Below the pieces are notes generated by a model. That model saw only the letters and a list, made by a program, of their open reading frames with translations. It did not search any database and was not told where the DNA came from. From assembly GCA_037131125.1 (NCBI GenBank), contig JBAXRR010000004.1, positions 1-48,042 of the forward strand: a stretch of 48,042 bases of DNA, read 5' to 3'. Made by a program: the position numbers and the translations under genes. The DNA comes from a bacterium (GTDB lineage Bacteria > Patescibacteriota > Dojkabacteria > GCA-016699595 > JBAXKR01). The first letter of the stretch is position 1; each line of letters starts with the position of its first letter. This document shows positions 1 to 11,900 of this stretch, piece by piece.

Positions 1-58
1 ATTTAACCTTTTTACATCTCACCATTTTCGTAAGATCTATGTCAACTTATTCAATTAC

Positions 59-631
59 CTAATTCCAGTTAACCTTATTGGCGTAAACTGCCCACATAGC
101 TTCAGTTTTGGAGCTTAGAGATTTTGATGCTGAAATGAGGTTTACAACCTCTTGTTCCTCTATTTCTACACTTTGACCAACATCTAAAAGTGGGTAATTT
201 CTGTTGGAAAGGTATACACCTTCAATATACATTCTTTGAACATTATTAAGATCTATACCGTTCTTGTCTATATAGTCCTTAATATATGCCCTAGTAAGCA
301 TTGAAAGACTATCTCCGTTTCGTACTATAAACTTGTTAATAACTTGTGGCTTTATATTCATAATATTGGTGCTATCTGGGGTTGGTTTAGAGCTAGTTTC
401 ATTTCCTATTCCCTCTGGCTCATAAGTAGATACTGCCTGATCAAGAATCTGTCCCCCACTTGAGGATGAACTCTCCTTTTCACTGCTTTGACTAGAAGAA
501 GATTTTGAGTTTGAATAAATTACAAAACCAACTATTACAAAGAAAATAACTAAAACGAAGAGCAAAAGTGTCATATGTGTACTAATATGGACTTTTGGGA
601 TAACTTTCTTTTTAATATGATTCAGTTTCAT
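59..631 (-). CDS. Single-pass membrane protein with Ser-rich linker and LysM-like C-terminal domain
   Basis: 190 aa. Hydrophobic segment LLLFVLVIFFVIVGFVIY, poly-Ser linker, then FIVRNGDSLSML...LLDVGQSVEI resembling the start and end of a LysM-like fold. Confidence 0.6.
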   Translation of the reverse strand: MKLNHIKKKVIPKVHISTHMTLLLFVLVIFFVIVGFVIYSNSKSSSSQSSEKESSSSSGGQILDQAVSTYEPEGIGNETSSKPTPDSTNIMNIKPQVINKFIVRNGDSLSMLTRAYIKDYIDKNGIDLNNVQRMYIEGVYLSNRNYPLLDVGQSVEIEEQEVVNLISASKSLSSKTEAMWAVYANKVNWN

Positions 632-638
632 TAGCGGG

Positions 639-647
639 ATTATATCA
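639..647 (-). promoter_or_regulatory. Extended -10 promoter (TG-A-TATAAT) 7 nt upstream of ATG; probable leaderless transcript
   Basis: Minus strand reads TGATATAAT-CCCGCTA-ATG (ATG at 631). Confidence 0.55.
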
Positions 648-761
648 AACTATGGGTTAAATGTGATAAAATTATACATATTAGTATCCTATTATATACT
701 TGAAGAAATTCATAAAGTGTTCTAATAATTAATTTAGGTTAGTTATGCTTTTAAAACAATA

Positions 762-2114
762 ATGAGTTATACATTTGCTGAAAGTGACACCTCTCCTTTA
801 GGTATTCATCCACTAAGACGGGAAAATTTTCCAACAAGAGAACTGCCACAAAAAGATACACTTGCAAGTAAGTTAACAACTAAGATTGAAGATCTTGGAT
901 TTGCAATGAGATTGGAGCCTAACTTAACTGAAGGATTAAAGGATTTATACTTATATTTTCTTGACCGACCTTCTATTAAGCTTGCAAGAAAAGATCCTCA
1001 AATTGAAGCAATCCTAGAAGATGTTTTGGTACATAAAATAACACATGCAATAGCTACTGTTGCATCATTTTCTAGTATTAACAGAGAACTAACTGGACAT
1101 GGATTATCTATTGCTACTGCATTAGCCCTTGCTATAACCGTAACTACCCAAATAGATGTTGTTGACACACTTGGAGAAAAAGAGAGATCACTTGATTTCC
1201 AATTATCTCTTTTTTCTGGTTTCAGAGACAATCTTTTTCAACAATCTGAAATAAATACAGGGAAAAAATACGCTAAACTAGACCCTATTTCATATAATAC
1301 TTTACTAATTGGTCTCAATACAGGATTACTAAAAACATATAGATCAATATTGGACAAACACTCTGATTCACCCGAGATGAAAGATTCCTTTGTTGGTTTT
1401 ATGCGACAGGCAATCGAGAGCTATTACCTTTGCGTAGCACACGAACATGTAGAAACCCCTGAAGAGAGTGCAACTCTAATTGATATGATACTTAAAGATC
1501 AGGCGGAAGCTAAGTACAAAACATCAAGTTACTCTGATGCTATTGATGAAGAAGGAAAACGATTCTTCTTGAGCCATCAAAATGGTGCTATGGATGTAAA
1601 TTCTTTTTACATAGACAATCTTACAAATGGACTTAAGTATTTACTTGCGACATATATTTTCTTTGAAAGAAAAAATCTTCCAGATATTAATCAAATAGAA
1701 AACGGAAATAAGCTATTTGAATTAGTGAATGAGGCATCTAAAAACTTCGGATTAATTCATCTTTGGCTTGATGACCTTACAGATTGGAGTGTCGAAAAAG
1801 AAAATGATAGAAGTTTACCAAGAAACAAAAATAAAACAGAAATACTCCAACAATTATTTCAAGCCTATGACGATGCAATTGCACCTCTAGAAAAGATTGG
1901 GAAAAGAAATCGAACTATTGCGAAAGTTCAGAGCATGGTAGAAGATCTCGTAATATTTTTTGGAGCAAGATCAATGAAACAAAGAGATGGAAGTTTCCAA
2001 TATTTTTCAGAATTAATTAAAGAAAAAAGTTTAACAAGAAAATTTTATAGTACATTATTTAGGGGCACTTTTATAAAATTAGTGCCACATTTTTTTCCTA
2101 AAATATCTTCTTAA
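762..2114 (+). CDS. Hypothetical all-helical protein, possible class I isoprenoid/terpene synthase-like fold
   Basis: 450 aa, no TM segment. LWLDDLTDW is a DDxxD motif; a degenerate earlier acidic motif lies at GFRDNLF. The function call is weak. Confidence 0.4.
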   Translation: MSYTFAESDTSPLGIHPLRRENFPTRELPQKDTLASKLTTKIEDLGFAMRLEPNLTEGLKDLYLYFLDRPSIKLARKDPQIEAILEDVLVHKITHAIATVASFSSINRELTGHGLSIATALALAITVTTQIDVVDTLGEKERSLDFQLSLFSGFRDNLFQQSEINTGKKYAKLDPISYNTLLIGLNTGLLKTYRSILDKHSDSPEMKDSFVGFMRQAIESYYLCVAHEHVETPEESATLIDMILKDQAEAKYKTSSYSDAIDEEGKRFFLSHQNGAMDVNSFYIDNLTNGLKYLLATYIFFERKNLPDINQIENGNKLFELVNEASKNFGLIHLWLDDLTDWSVEKENDRSLPRNKNKTEILQQLFQAYDDAIAPLEKIGKRNRTIAKVQSMVEDLVIFFGARSMKQRDGSFQYFSELIKEKSLTRKFYSTLFRGTFIKLVPHFFPKISS

Positions 2115-2132
2115 TTTAAGGTATACTTTATT

Positions 2133-2855
2133 ATGCCTATTAATCACAATAAAAAAGAACTATCTTACGATGAAATCTCTAACCTTAAGCTAACAGATAA
2201 TGAAAAGCTCGAGGCGTTAATTTCAGTTTCAAACATTATTCTTAGTAGTTTGGATATAGAGGAAATCTTCCAGAAATCTGTTGACCTATTAGCAGAACAT
2301 TTTGGTTACTCTTCAGCTGGAGTTTTTATTAACAAACCTGAGGAAAGAAAAGTATATAGTTATACATATACAAACTTAGAAGGAAATCATTTAGCATTAA
2401 GAACATTAAGTAGAGCTTTTAGATCTTTATCTGTAGATTATTCGGATAAAGAAAATGCCATAGTAAAATGTATAGTTGAAAATAAAGTAATTGAGAGTAC
2501 ACAACTTTCAGATTTTATTTGTCCTGCAGTAAATCTGCAAATTTCTCAATTGATTCAATCTGTTTCAGGCACCAAAAATGTATTTGCACTACCAATTATT
2601 AGAAATTCAAAAGTACTTGGAGCTTTGATGGTTGGAAAGAAAAGTGTTGAGAATTTTAGTACAGATTACACATTGTTAGTGTTATTTTGTAAGCAACTAG
2701 CAATAGCAATTACAAATGCAGAAGCATATTCAATAAAAAAAGATGATAATTTAATACAAAAATCTATCCAAGAGACAAAGGATTTATATAAATCTTATGG
2801 AGCAACTGACTCAAGAGAACAAGAGAAAAAGGTAGATGCTCCTAGTCCATTTTAA
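2133..2855 (+). CDS. Stand-alone GAF domain protein
   Basis: 240 aa. ILSSLDIEEIFQKSVDLL...FALPIIRNSKVLGALMVG...LLVLFCKQLAIAITNA fits a GAF domain. No kinase or GGDEF output domain follows. Confidence 0.8.
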   Translation: MPINHNKKELSYDEISNLKLTDNEKLEALISVSNIILSSLDIEEIFQKSVDLLAEHFGYSSAGVFINKPEERKVYSYTYTNLEGNHLALRTLSRAFRSLSVDYSDKENAIVKCIVENKVIESTQLSDFICPAVNLQISQLIQSVSGTKNVFALPIIRNSKVLGALMVGKKSVENFSTDYTLLVLFCKQLAIAITNAEAYSIKKDDNLIQKSIQETKDLYKSYGATDSREQEKKVDAPSPF

Positions 2856-2858
2856 TAT

Positions 2859-3857
2859 CTATTTTATATCCTTATCCCCTCGAATCAACACATGAGTTGC
2901 TTTGTTTATTCTTTTTCTAAAGACAATATATATTCCCAATAACAGAACTATTATTCCAACTATAGATAATGTTTTTTCAAGATTAAGTGCCCAAAATGTA
3001 GTTGTAGACACCATCGTTTTTCCAGAGTATGTAAGTGCAAATTCTTCTTTATATGGACCCACTCCATCAAAGTTTATTACAGATGAGAAATCCCTCTTAG
3101 CTTCAGGTAAAACATTTCTCTCCTCAAGATTAACTGTTTTTACTTTATTACCTAATATGTCATATATATTGTAGTATCCAGTTGCTTTAATATGCACATT
3201 ACCTTGATTCTCTACAGTAGTATTTAATTTAACTTCCGGATCAGTAAATATTTTTTGAGTATCTGATGTACCAAGGATAGTAACCTTCTCCTTAACATTT
3301 CCAGGAGCTTTTAGAATTATTAACGAAGCAATTGCTTGTTTAGTTATACTCTGGCTAATATTAGGATTCACTGGAGGTTTGGAAGTAGATACTGTGATCG
3401 CACCCCAGTGACTTCCTGGCTCGACATTCATAGGAACATTAATAACATAATCAAAGGTTGCAGAAGATTTAGGTTTAACTAGTGTAAATCCTGTTTGCAT
3501 TCTTATCCACGACCTTATTGAATATTGATTAGAATCATCATGAATATCTACTTGCCCTGAATTTCCAACTGGAGTGAAGTTAGTTGGAGAAGCTTCAAAT
3601 ATAACGTCCTTGTCAGTCTGGTTAAATACTTTAACAAAACCCTTTGTAACTTTTCCAGCTTCGATATCGTATTCTTGAACAAGTGGGCTGATTGAAAAAC
3701 TAATAGTCTGATCTGCACCAGCATCTGTTTGAATATCTTGTGCTTTTGCAGTATGTAAAAATATGAAACCTATAACTGCAAATAGTGCTATAAATATAAT
3801 TGGAGATAAAATTTTTATTTTTTTGATTCTTTGTATTTTAATTCTTAAGTTATCCAT
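2859..3857 (-). CDS. WxL-interacting-protein-like (DUF916/DUF3324-like) membrane protein
   Basis: 332 aa. Signal peptide; FSISPLVQEY...IRSWI...YVINVPMNVEPGSHWGAI (DUF916-like); VENQGNVHIKATG...NVLPEAKR (DUF3324-like); C-terminal TM plus basic tail. Confidence 0.75.
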   Translation of the reverse strand: MDNLRIKIQRIKKIKILSPIIFIALFAVIGFIFLHTAKAQDIQTDAGADQTISFSISPLVQEYDIEAGKVTKGFVKVFNQTDKDVIFEASPTNFTPVGNSGQVDIHDDSNQYSIRSWIRMQTGFTLVKPKSSATFDYVINVPMNVEPGSHWGAITVSTSKPPVNPNISQSITKQAIASLIILKAPGNVKEKVTILGTSDTQKIFTDPEVKLNTTVENQGNVHIKATGYYNIYDILGNKVKTVNLEERNVLPEAKRDFSSVINFDGVGPYKEEFALTYSGKTMVSTTTFWALNLEKTLSIVGIIVLLLGIYIVFRKRINKATHVLIRGDKDIK

Positions 3858-3867
3858 TTCAAAATAC

Positions 3868-4995
3868 CTAATATGTAGCCGTAACTAAAAACACTACCGT
3901 AGTTGTGTAATTTCCTGAAGCAGTGCTACTTACAACACTCGCCTGATACCCTACCCTTGTTGTATCGTTTGCAACGGCAACAGAAGATGCTGCTATTGGA
4001 TTATTAACTTCAGATGTAGTAAACGCTGCCCATTTATTGGAACTAAATCTATTTGCAGTTCCATTTGGTAAAGTTGTACTTGATGTTGTGTACCCAAATG
4101 CTTCAGTAACTCCTGCTGCTGGAAATACAGTTGGTGCAGAATTACTTCCAGTATGATTAGTCCAATTCGCTGTTCCAGAATTCAGTGCACCAGTATATTT
4201 AACATATACAACATAACCACCATATGCATTTGTAGTTACAGTGAGATCTTGTGCGGATACCCGATTCAAACTCGTAGAAACATTACCAAGAGGAACAGAT
4301 GTTGCAGTTGATACAACATTTGTTGTGGCACCATTTACACTTTGACCAGATGCAACTCCTGCTATTGTAAAAGACAAAGCGGGTTCAATTATTACAGAGA
4401 CACCAACAGCTGTGGTATGCATATATGCAACAACACCTGAGTCAACAGGAGAAGTTACACAGTCAGTATTATTAAATGTACTAAATTGAGCATAATATAT
4501 CGTGTTAACAACGGAACCATTGGTAATAGTATTAAGTTTTACAATTCTAGAAGAAGCACTTGCAGGAGTCTCTCCAGTTGCATATGTTATCTTAACAGTT
4601 CCATTAACAGAAACATTTGTACTCCAACTTGCAGGAGTTGGCATATAGTTTGTTGTTGCATTATCTAAAGTTGCTGAAGTCGTTACCAATCCAGAAGGAA
4701 GAGATCCACCTATAACCGCATCTGAAAATACTATTTTTATACATTTAATTGTAGATAATGTTACACCGCTATATTGAGTAGTATATGAGTTGGAAGTTGA
4801 TGGCCTTGAATCTGACTGTGATAAAGATCCTGTTGTTAAAGTTGCTGCAAAAATACTAGAAGGATTTATGAAATATGAAAAAAATATGGAGAATACAAAA
4901 ACAACAATCAAAAGCATTGAAGTGATCTTGTTTTTTTTCTTTTGGAAATTAGAATTATTCACTTCATTAATTAACATATTAGTATTATTTAACAC
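3868..4995 (-). CDS. Secreted WxL-like / fimbrial-subunit-like two-domain protein
   Basis: 375 aa from GTG (alternative ATG at 4977). Signal peptide ending IFA; Ser/Thr-rich beta content; C-terminus ASGNYTTTVVFLVTATY; C-terminal domain similar to that of the giant protein. Confidence 0.7.
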   Translation of the reverse strand: MLNNTNMLINEVNNSNFQKKKNKITSMLLIVVFVFSIFFSYFINPSSIFAATLTTGSLSQSDSRPSTSNSYTTQYSGVTLSTIKCIKIVFSDAVIGGSLPSGLVTTSATLDNATTNYMPTPASWSTNVSVNGTVKITYATGETPASASSRIVKLNTITNGSVVNTIYYAQFSTFNNTDCVTSPVDSGVVAYMHTTAVGVSVIIEPALSFTIAGVASGQSVNGATTNVVSTATSVPLGNVSTSLNRVSAQDLTVTTNAYGGYVVYVKYTGALNSGTANWTNHTGSNSAPTVFPAAGVTEAFGYTTSSTTLPNGTANRFSSNKWAAFTTSEVNNPIAASSVAVANDTTRVGYQASVVSSTASGNYTTTVVFLVTATY

Positions 4996-5024
4996 CTAAT
5001 AATTTGGCATGTCAAAACACATCA

Positions 5025-5984
5025 CTATCTTTTGTAATTCTCTCCTTGTAATAGAATCTTTATCGCTCTTAAGATTCGCTTTCTACTTTTACTTCTAATA
5101 AACAAAGATAATAATAAAAGAACCCCAATTAATGTAATAACTATCCAGTAAGGAAGTATGAGAACATACCTATCTTCTGACTCAGTTAAAGTATTTGTTG
5201 CACCAAATGTAGATTGGGTTGTTAATTTTATTATTCCAATACCTGGAAGATTTGTATCAGTACCTTTAAATTCGCCTTTAAGTCCAGGAAGTATCATTGA
5301 AGGTAAAATCTCTTCAGAAGGATAATCTTTATTACTAATGATCTCTTTAACAAGTATTTTAGTAAGAGGTCTCACATGAATATTACCAGTATTAGCAATT
5401 GTCAGATCGTAGTCTAAAGATTGTGTGTTTATCCATGTTGGAACTTTTAAATCATTAAATTTAACCGATTCTTTTATATCTCCCTTAACTTGAAGCAAGA
5501 ATACTGCTGAAAGTTTTGGATAAACGGTTACAAAATCTTGTGAACTCCCCTTATTCACTACTGGTTGGAATATTACTGTCGCATAATTACCTCCAGGGGA
5601 AGCACTATCTGGCTTATTAACCTCTACCGTAATATCTCTCGAGGCTTTAGCATCAAGAGTAAAACTTTTATCCTGATCTTTTATCTTAAACCACCTACTT
5701 GCATCGTATCTATTTAATAGATTTTCTGGAATATCCTGTTTATTTTGTACACTTAAACCTTCTGCATAAACATTAATTGGGAGTTTATCATTTGTAAGGT
5801 TAACAACATTAATTGTTTGAGTCATCGTCTTGTTATCTTCCATAACTATTTCTGAAATACTTGGAGATATTCCAATAGAAGTCTTTGAGCCAACAGCACT
5901 ACTTGCACCTACCTGTGCATATGCCATGGAAGGAGATGTGAGAAAGATAATAGTTATTAATATTAATAGAGATATTTTTTTCAT
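5025..5984 (-). CDS. WxL-interacting-protein-like (DUF916/DUF3324-like) membrane protein, second paralog
   Basis: 319 aa. Signal peptide ending AYA; IGISPSISE...ASRWF...KPDSASPGGNYATVIF; IANTGNIHVRP...MILPG; C-terminal TM plus RKR tail. Confidence 0.75.
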   Translation of the reverse strand: MKKISLLILITIIFLTSPSMAYAQVGASSAVGSKTSIGISPSISEIVMEDNKTMTQTINVVNLTNDKLPINVYAEGLSVQNKQDIPENLLNRYDASRWFKIKDQDKSFTLDAKASRDITVEVNKPDSASPGGNYATVIFQPVVNKGSSQDFVTVYPKLSAVFLLQVKGDIKESVKFNDLKVPTWINTQSLDYDLTIANTGNIHVRPLTKILVKEIISNKDYPSEEILPSMILPGLKGEFKGTDTNLPGIGIIKLTTQSTFGATNTLTESEDRYVLILPYWIVITLIGVLLLLSLFIRSKSRKRILRAIKILLQGENYKR

Positions 5985-5985
5985 A

Positions 5986-8900
5986 TTAGTATTGAGGAAT
6001 CACAGTATATACAATTGATGTAACATATTGTCCTGATGTCTGCGTTGACTGAGTTTTAACCTTGTAAGTTATAGTAAACGTTTCATTAGTAATAGGTGTA
6101 CCTGAAACCGTTGCTGTATGATCAGCAACAATATCCCCAGGACCACTTGTCGCAAAAGGTGCATAACATGGAGCAGTTCCTGTTCCAAGACAAGACCCAG
6201 ACGCTGGGAACTTTCCAGATCCTTGAATAGAAGTATCTGAAGATGAATAACCAAAACCATAATTACTACCAGTCCATCCAGAAGGAGTTGCATATGAACC
6301 AAGTGAGAAATTAGGAATAGTAAGTGAACCATTAGCAACTGATCTTAAAAGGTCAGTTTCATAGGCTTTTATTAAGTATCCGTTATATGCATTTGTTGAA
6401 GTAGTTAGCACATTTGTCTTTGTGGTTTCGTAACTGTTATTTCCATTCAGGTTTCCGAAATTAATAGTGTTCGTATCTAAGGAGAAAGATAAAGATGGAG
6501 CTACTACTTGCCCATTTGAAGAAACTACACTTGAAATATTTGTTGCATTATCTGTAGCTCTAACATTAAAGAAATACATCTTTGAAGAAATTAGTGTAAG
6601 TGAACTTACAGTAACACTTGTACTTGTTGAATTTGCAGTCCAACCAACAACATCCGTTCCTCCTTGAGTAGTACCAATTGAGTAATCATAATGGTTAAGT
6701 CCAGAAATAGTTGAGTCAAACCCTGACCAATTAGCAGATATACTTGAAAGAGATCCGTTGTTAAAAGAGATATCTGAACCTATTGAAGTACCATCATAAA
6801 CAGTTCCTCCAGTTGGAACAGTTAAATCAAGTCCTACATCTCTTACACTTTCAAGATTTGCTCCATAAGAAACCCAAGCAGAATATTCTCCAAAAATATC
6901 TTTAGTTCTTGCTTGCCAATGATACTCAGTTTGATCAGTAATGCTAGTCATAGAAACAGTAGCTGCTACAGGTGATCCAGTATATGAATACCCAGTACTA
7001 CAAAGTGTTTCATAATTAGAAAAAGTTGTAGCTATTGGGACTAACTCTACACACAAATATATCGTATCTGGGTTATTTGGATCTGAAATATTTGCTGTAA
7101 AGTTGATCGAATTCTGATTTATCCAATCTCCTGTATTAATTACTACATTACTTGTAAATTTCTGAGCTAAACTTGATGGAGAGTTTGGAACTCCATTACA
7201 AACACCACCAGTAATTGTCCAATTAGTATCATTACTTATTCTCTTTGAATTTGTAGCTGTAAGAGCAACAATTGCATTTGAATCTTTTATTTCTGCATAT
7301 GTAATGCTTACAGTTCCCGTTGCATTCAATTTAGCTTGATTTCCGCTGGCGTCTGAATATAGCTTAATAAAGCTGCCGCATGCTTGACCATTTATTGTAA
7401 GCGTTCCTGTAACATTTGTTTGATTAACATTTTCCAAAAATATCTGTTTACCTCCTGTTACTGATGAGAAGTTATAGAAAGTTGTATCTGATTTATATTC
7501 TATTTGACTTATTTTTGTGTTGTCATTAAAAGTAACTGTTCCAGAGTTATGAGTAAATGTTCCAGAAAGATTAGTAAAGTGTTCAGATATTAACAATGTC
7601 GTAGACGGAGCAGTTACAGCTCCATTATTAATTAAAAAATCATTTAAAACAGTTGCAGGACTTACATCAAAAGACCATGCTCCACCTACTCCATCAAACC
7701 AAAGGTTATTAAACGCAGATGATGTTGTCATAGTTCCAGAAAGTGTCTTACCAGTAGAAGTTGAGTTCATAATGACCGTACCTGAGTTATGAGTAAATGT
7801 CCCCAGAGCGGAACTATTTGCAGTTTCTGCACCAACTGCACTTACGCCTGGCTCTGGTGATGAATATTTTCTAACTAATACTTTGCCAGTGTAGTTTAAA
7901 GTTGAGTATCCATAATTATTATATAAATCCGTAACCTCAGGAGTAGTTAATGCCGAAGAGAATACTTGGTATTGATCGAGTTGCCCTGGATAATATGCAC
8001 CCGAATAACTTTTACCTATTTGGAATATAGTATCTCCATAGTTATATAGTCCAGTTGTATGTCCAGTTGAACAGCTATTATTAACAGCTCCATCCACAAA
8101 TACATTTATATTTCCTGAGCTATCAAAACTACATCCAACATAATGCCATGCAGAAAGCATATTAACTCCACTTGAAGCACAAGAGTGCCATGCAAAATGT
8201 GCAGCAGGAACTACACTACAAGTAAGGTTTCCTGAGCCATCAAACTCTGCTACCATAGAATTTGATGAAGGCATCGAGGTAATAATTGATCCTGCACCAG
8301 TAGGTTTCGCCCAAGTCAAAAATGTTTGATACTGAATATATGCATATGTTCCAGACAAATACGCTGACGAGAAAGAACCGCCATTCCCAAACTTCCCAGC
8401 TGTAACTGTTGCACCTGCATTACATGCCTTAAGGTGATAACCATTTCCAGATGAATCAAATACAGTATTCGAAGAACAGTTGGCTGTCCATGAAGCTTCA
8501 TCCATACTATATGAACGATTCAGATTACTTACCTCTCGCACAAATGTATTAGATACTGATGAATTACTTGAAGCAGTCGGATTTCCATAATATACATAGA
8601 TAGTTTTAGTTGTCGAAGCACCAATAGATGGAACTTTAACCCATACTTTTGCATTTTGACCAGAGGCAGTATATCTTTCTACCCAATAGTTTAATTGAGT
8701 AGTTCCATCTGAATCTGTAAATCTTAAATCTGCTCCTGATTCTTGTGTATTTGAATATACCGTATCCAACATAGGAGATCTGTTATTTGTATAAAGCGAA
8801 CTTATATCCGTTGAGGATAATGCATGATCATATATTCTTGTTTCATCAATTTGACCATTAAAATACTCAGATAATGTATATGCTTTTCCAATATACATTG

Positions 8901-11900
8901 TTCCAGATGCGCTAAGCCCACCAGTATATGTATTTATGTATGACCCATTAAAGTAAAGTTTTGTTGTTGTACCAGAAACAGTTAATGCTATATTATTCCA
9001 ACCTGCACCAAAGCTTTGCCCTGTGTTTATCCACCCTATTGCAGGAGTATTAATTCCGAGCACACCTGTATTATTGTAGTCTGCGATTTCAAGTCCGTAG
9101 TTTGTCCAACTTACTATTCTTGGATATCCATTACTTCCATTTCCACTTCTTTTGACCCAAACGGAAAGTGTAATACTATTCATATCCGGAAGATTAGAAA
9201 CAGTTCCATATGCAGAGCTTCCATTTAAAACCACTGCATTACTATATTGTCCACTACTAGTCCAAGTCGCATTGTTTAAGGATACATTGGTACTATTCGT
9301 AGTATTTGCTGAATTTGCAACTGATGTTCCTGTGTTCTCATCCATCTTCCATCTTCCAATCTCTCCTTCATCTACTTTCACCTGATAGTTACTAAGTGCA
9401 TTTGAATTTGAAGAGTTATCTACTGTTATAGCTTTCCTATATTTTCCACTATTTGGACTTAATTCAGAATTCGAATAATTACCACCTACAGTTAATGTTG
9501 AAGATGGAGCAGTTACATTACCCGCAATAATAGAAAAGTCATTTATTGTAGTTGCAGCATTAGATCCAAATGACCACGCTCCACCTGTTCCATTAAATAC
9601 CAGGTTATAGAAACTTGAGGATGAAGTCATTGTTCCAGATAATGTCTTGCCAGTTGCTGTTGAATTCATCAAAACAGTCCCAGAGTTATGTGTAAAAGTA
9701 TCTGAGTTAGAATAATTTCCTCCAATAGAAAGAGTTGTAGATGGTGCAGTCACATTACCTGTAGTAACTGTTAAATCATTTGCAACAGTTGCTGGATTTG
9801 TAGCAAATGACCAAGCTCCACCTGAACCGTCAAAAATTAGATTATAGAATGAAGAAGAACCTATCATACTTCCAGATAATGTCTTACCTCCAGATGTTGC
9901 TATCATCGTCACAGTTCCAGAACTATTAGTAAACGTTCCAGAATTAGAATAGTTACCACCTATCTGTAAATTTGTAGTAGGAGCAATAACCGTACCGTTT
10001 GTAATAGTAAAATCATTCTGTATTGCTGCACCAGATGAATTAGAACTTCCAGGACCAAGTGTCCATCCTCCACCTACACCATTAAATATTAGATTATATA
10101 GCGGTCTAACATTTATCCATCCATACGTTCCTATACCAGTAATTGTTTTGCCTGTTGTCGTTGCATTCATAATAATTGTCCCGCCGTTATTTGATATAGG
10201 ACTAGCTAATGAAAAATTACCTCCAACAGTTAAAGTAGTTGAAGGAAATGTCAATGAACCTCCTTGGTGAGAGAAATCATTTACAACTGTTGCACTATTA
10301 GCCCCAAAGTCAATATTTGCAAATGCATTTGCACCATTTGAAGTAAAGTTATAGAAAGAGGAAGAACCTGTCATAGTTCCAGAAAGTGTCTTAGATCCCG
10401 AAGCAGGATTCGCAATAAAAGTACCAGAATTATGAGTGTATACTCCTGAATTTGAATAATTACCACCAACAGACAAAGTAGTAGAAGGAGCGGTAACCGT
10501 ACCAGTTGTAATCGTAAAATTGTTTTCCGCACTAGCAGGATATGCAGCAAATGTCCAAGCTCCACCTGATCCATTAAACGTTAAATTGTAGAACGCTGAA
10601 GGAGTTGTCATATTCCCAACTAAAGTCTTACCAGTTGAAGTTGAGTTCATCAAAACAGTTCCATTATTGTGAGTGAAGATACCTGAATTTGAAAATACTC
10701 CTGCAACCTCACTTCCAAGTCCACTTACAAATGGTCGATTTGGAGGAAGTAATGCTAAGATTTCAGTACTATTTAGCGCTCTGTTATACAGTCTAACAGC
10801 ATCTAAAATTACTCCATTTTGCATACCATCTGATCTTGCACCAATAATCAAAGGATCCGTAGTTTGAACTGGAGTAACTGTTTTAGAAATACTATTATCA
10901 TATGCTCCATTTATATATATAGTTGCAGTACTACCATCATAAGTTACTGCAATATGAGTCCAAGTATCTATAGGTATTGATGCATTACTAATCAGATCAT
11001 CTCCATCATTTGTTGCACGGAAAGATAACCTTCCCGAAGTACCATAATTCATTAACTGATACCATCCTGTACTATCTCCTCCACTTGGCGAAAAATTCTT
11101 AGTCATATACATACCATAGTTTGTCTCCATGGTTTTCCTAATCCACATAGACATCGTTACATTATTACCAACTTGAACTGACGAAGAGTTATTTACTGAT
11201 ACTGAATTTGATCCTCCATCGAACTGAAGTCCCGGACCTATCTTTCCACCTTGCCACTGCCCTCCTGTTGTTCCAATGAAAGTACCCGTATTACCGTGAG
11301 TCGAAGAGTCAATAAGAGTTGTACCAGTTGCCTCATCCATTCTCCAAAGTCCCATAAGATTAGCATCAGAATTTGTTGAAGTATCTTGAAATGGAATAAC
11401 AGAAGAATTTGAAGTCGCAGTTGGATCACCATAATTAATATATATATCTTTTGTTGAATTTGCACTAATTGATGGAATCAAAACTCTCACTCTTGCATTC
11501 TCTCCCGATGCTGTATATTTTTCAACCCAATAACTTAACTGACTTGTTCCATCTGAATTAACAAACCTTAAATCCTGACCACCTTCTTGAGTATGGGTAT
11601 ATATACTTCCGAGAAGTGGGGAAAGATTATTCGTATGCAAAAATGCTACCTCTGTCGGAGATAGAACTCTATCATACACTCGAACTTCATCTACTTTACC
11701 ATCCCAATATCGAGATGTGGTTGAGTAATAATCATTTCCAATTGTTGCGACCCAATCCGGAGATTCAACATCACCACCGGTATATGTTGCAGTTGCTGTT
11801 TGGGATCCATCCACGTAAAGAATTATCGCTCCATTATTGTATGTCATTGTCACAAATGTCCATGTGTTTAGAGATATTGGACTACAAGCGTAATATCCCA

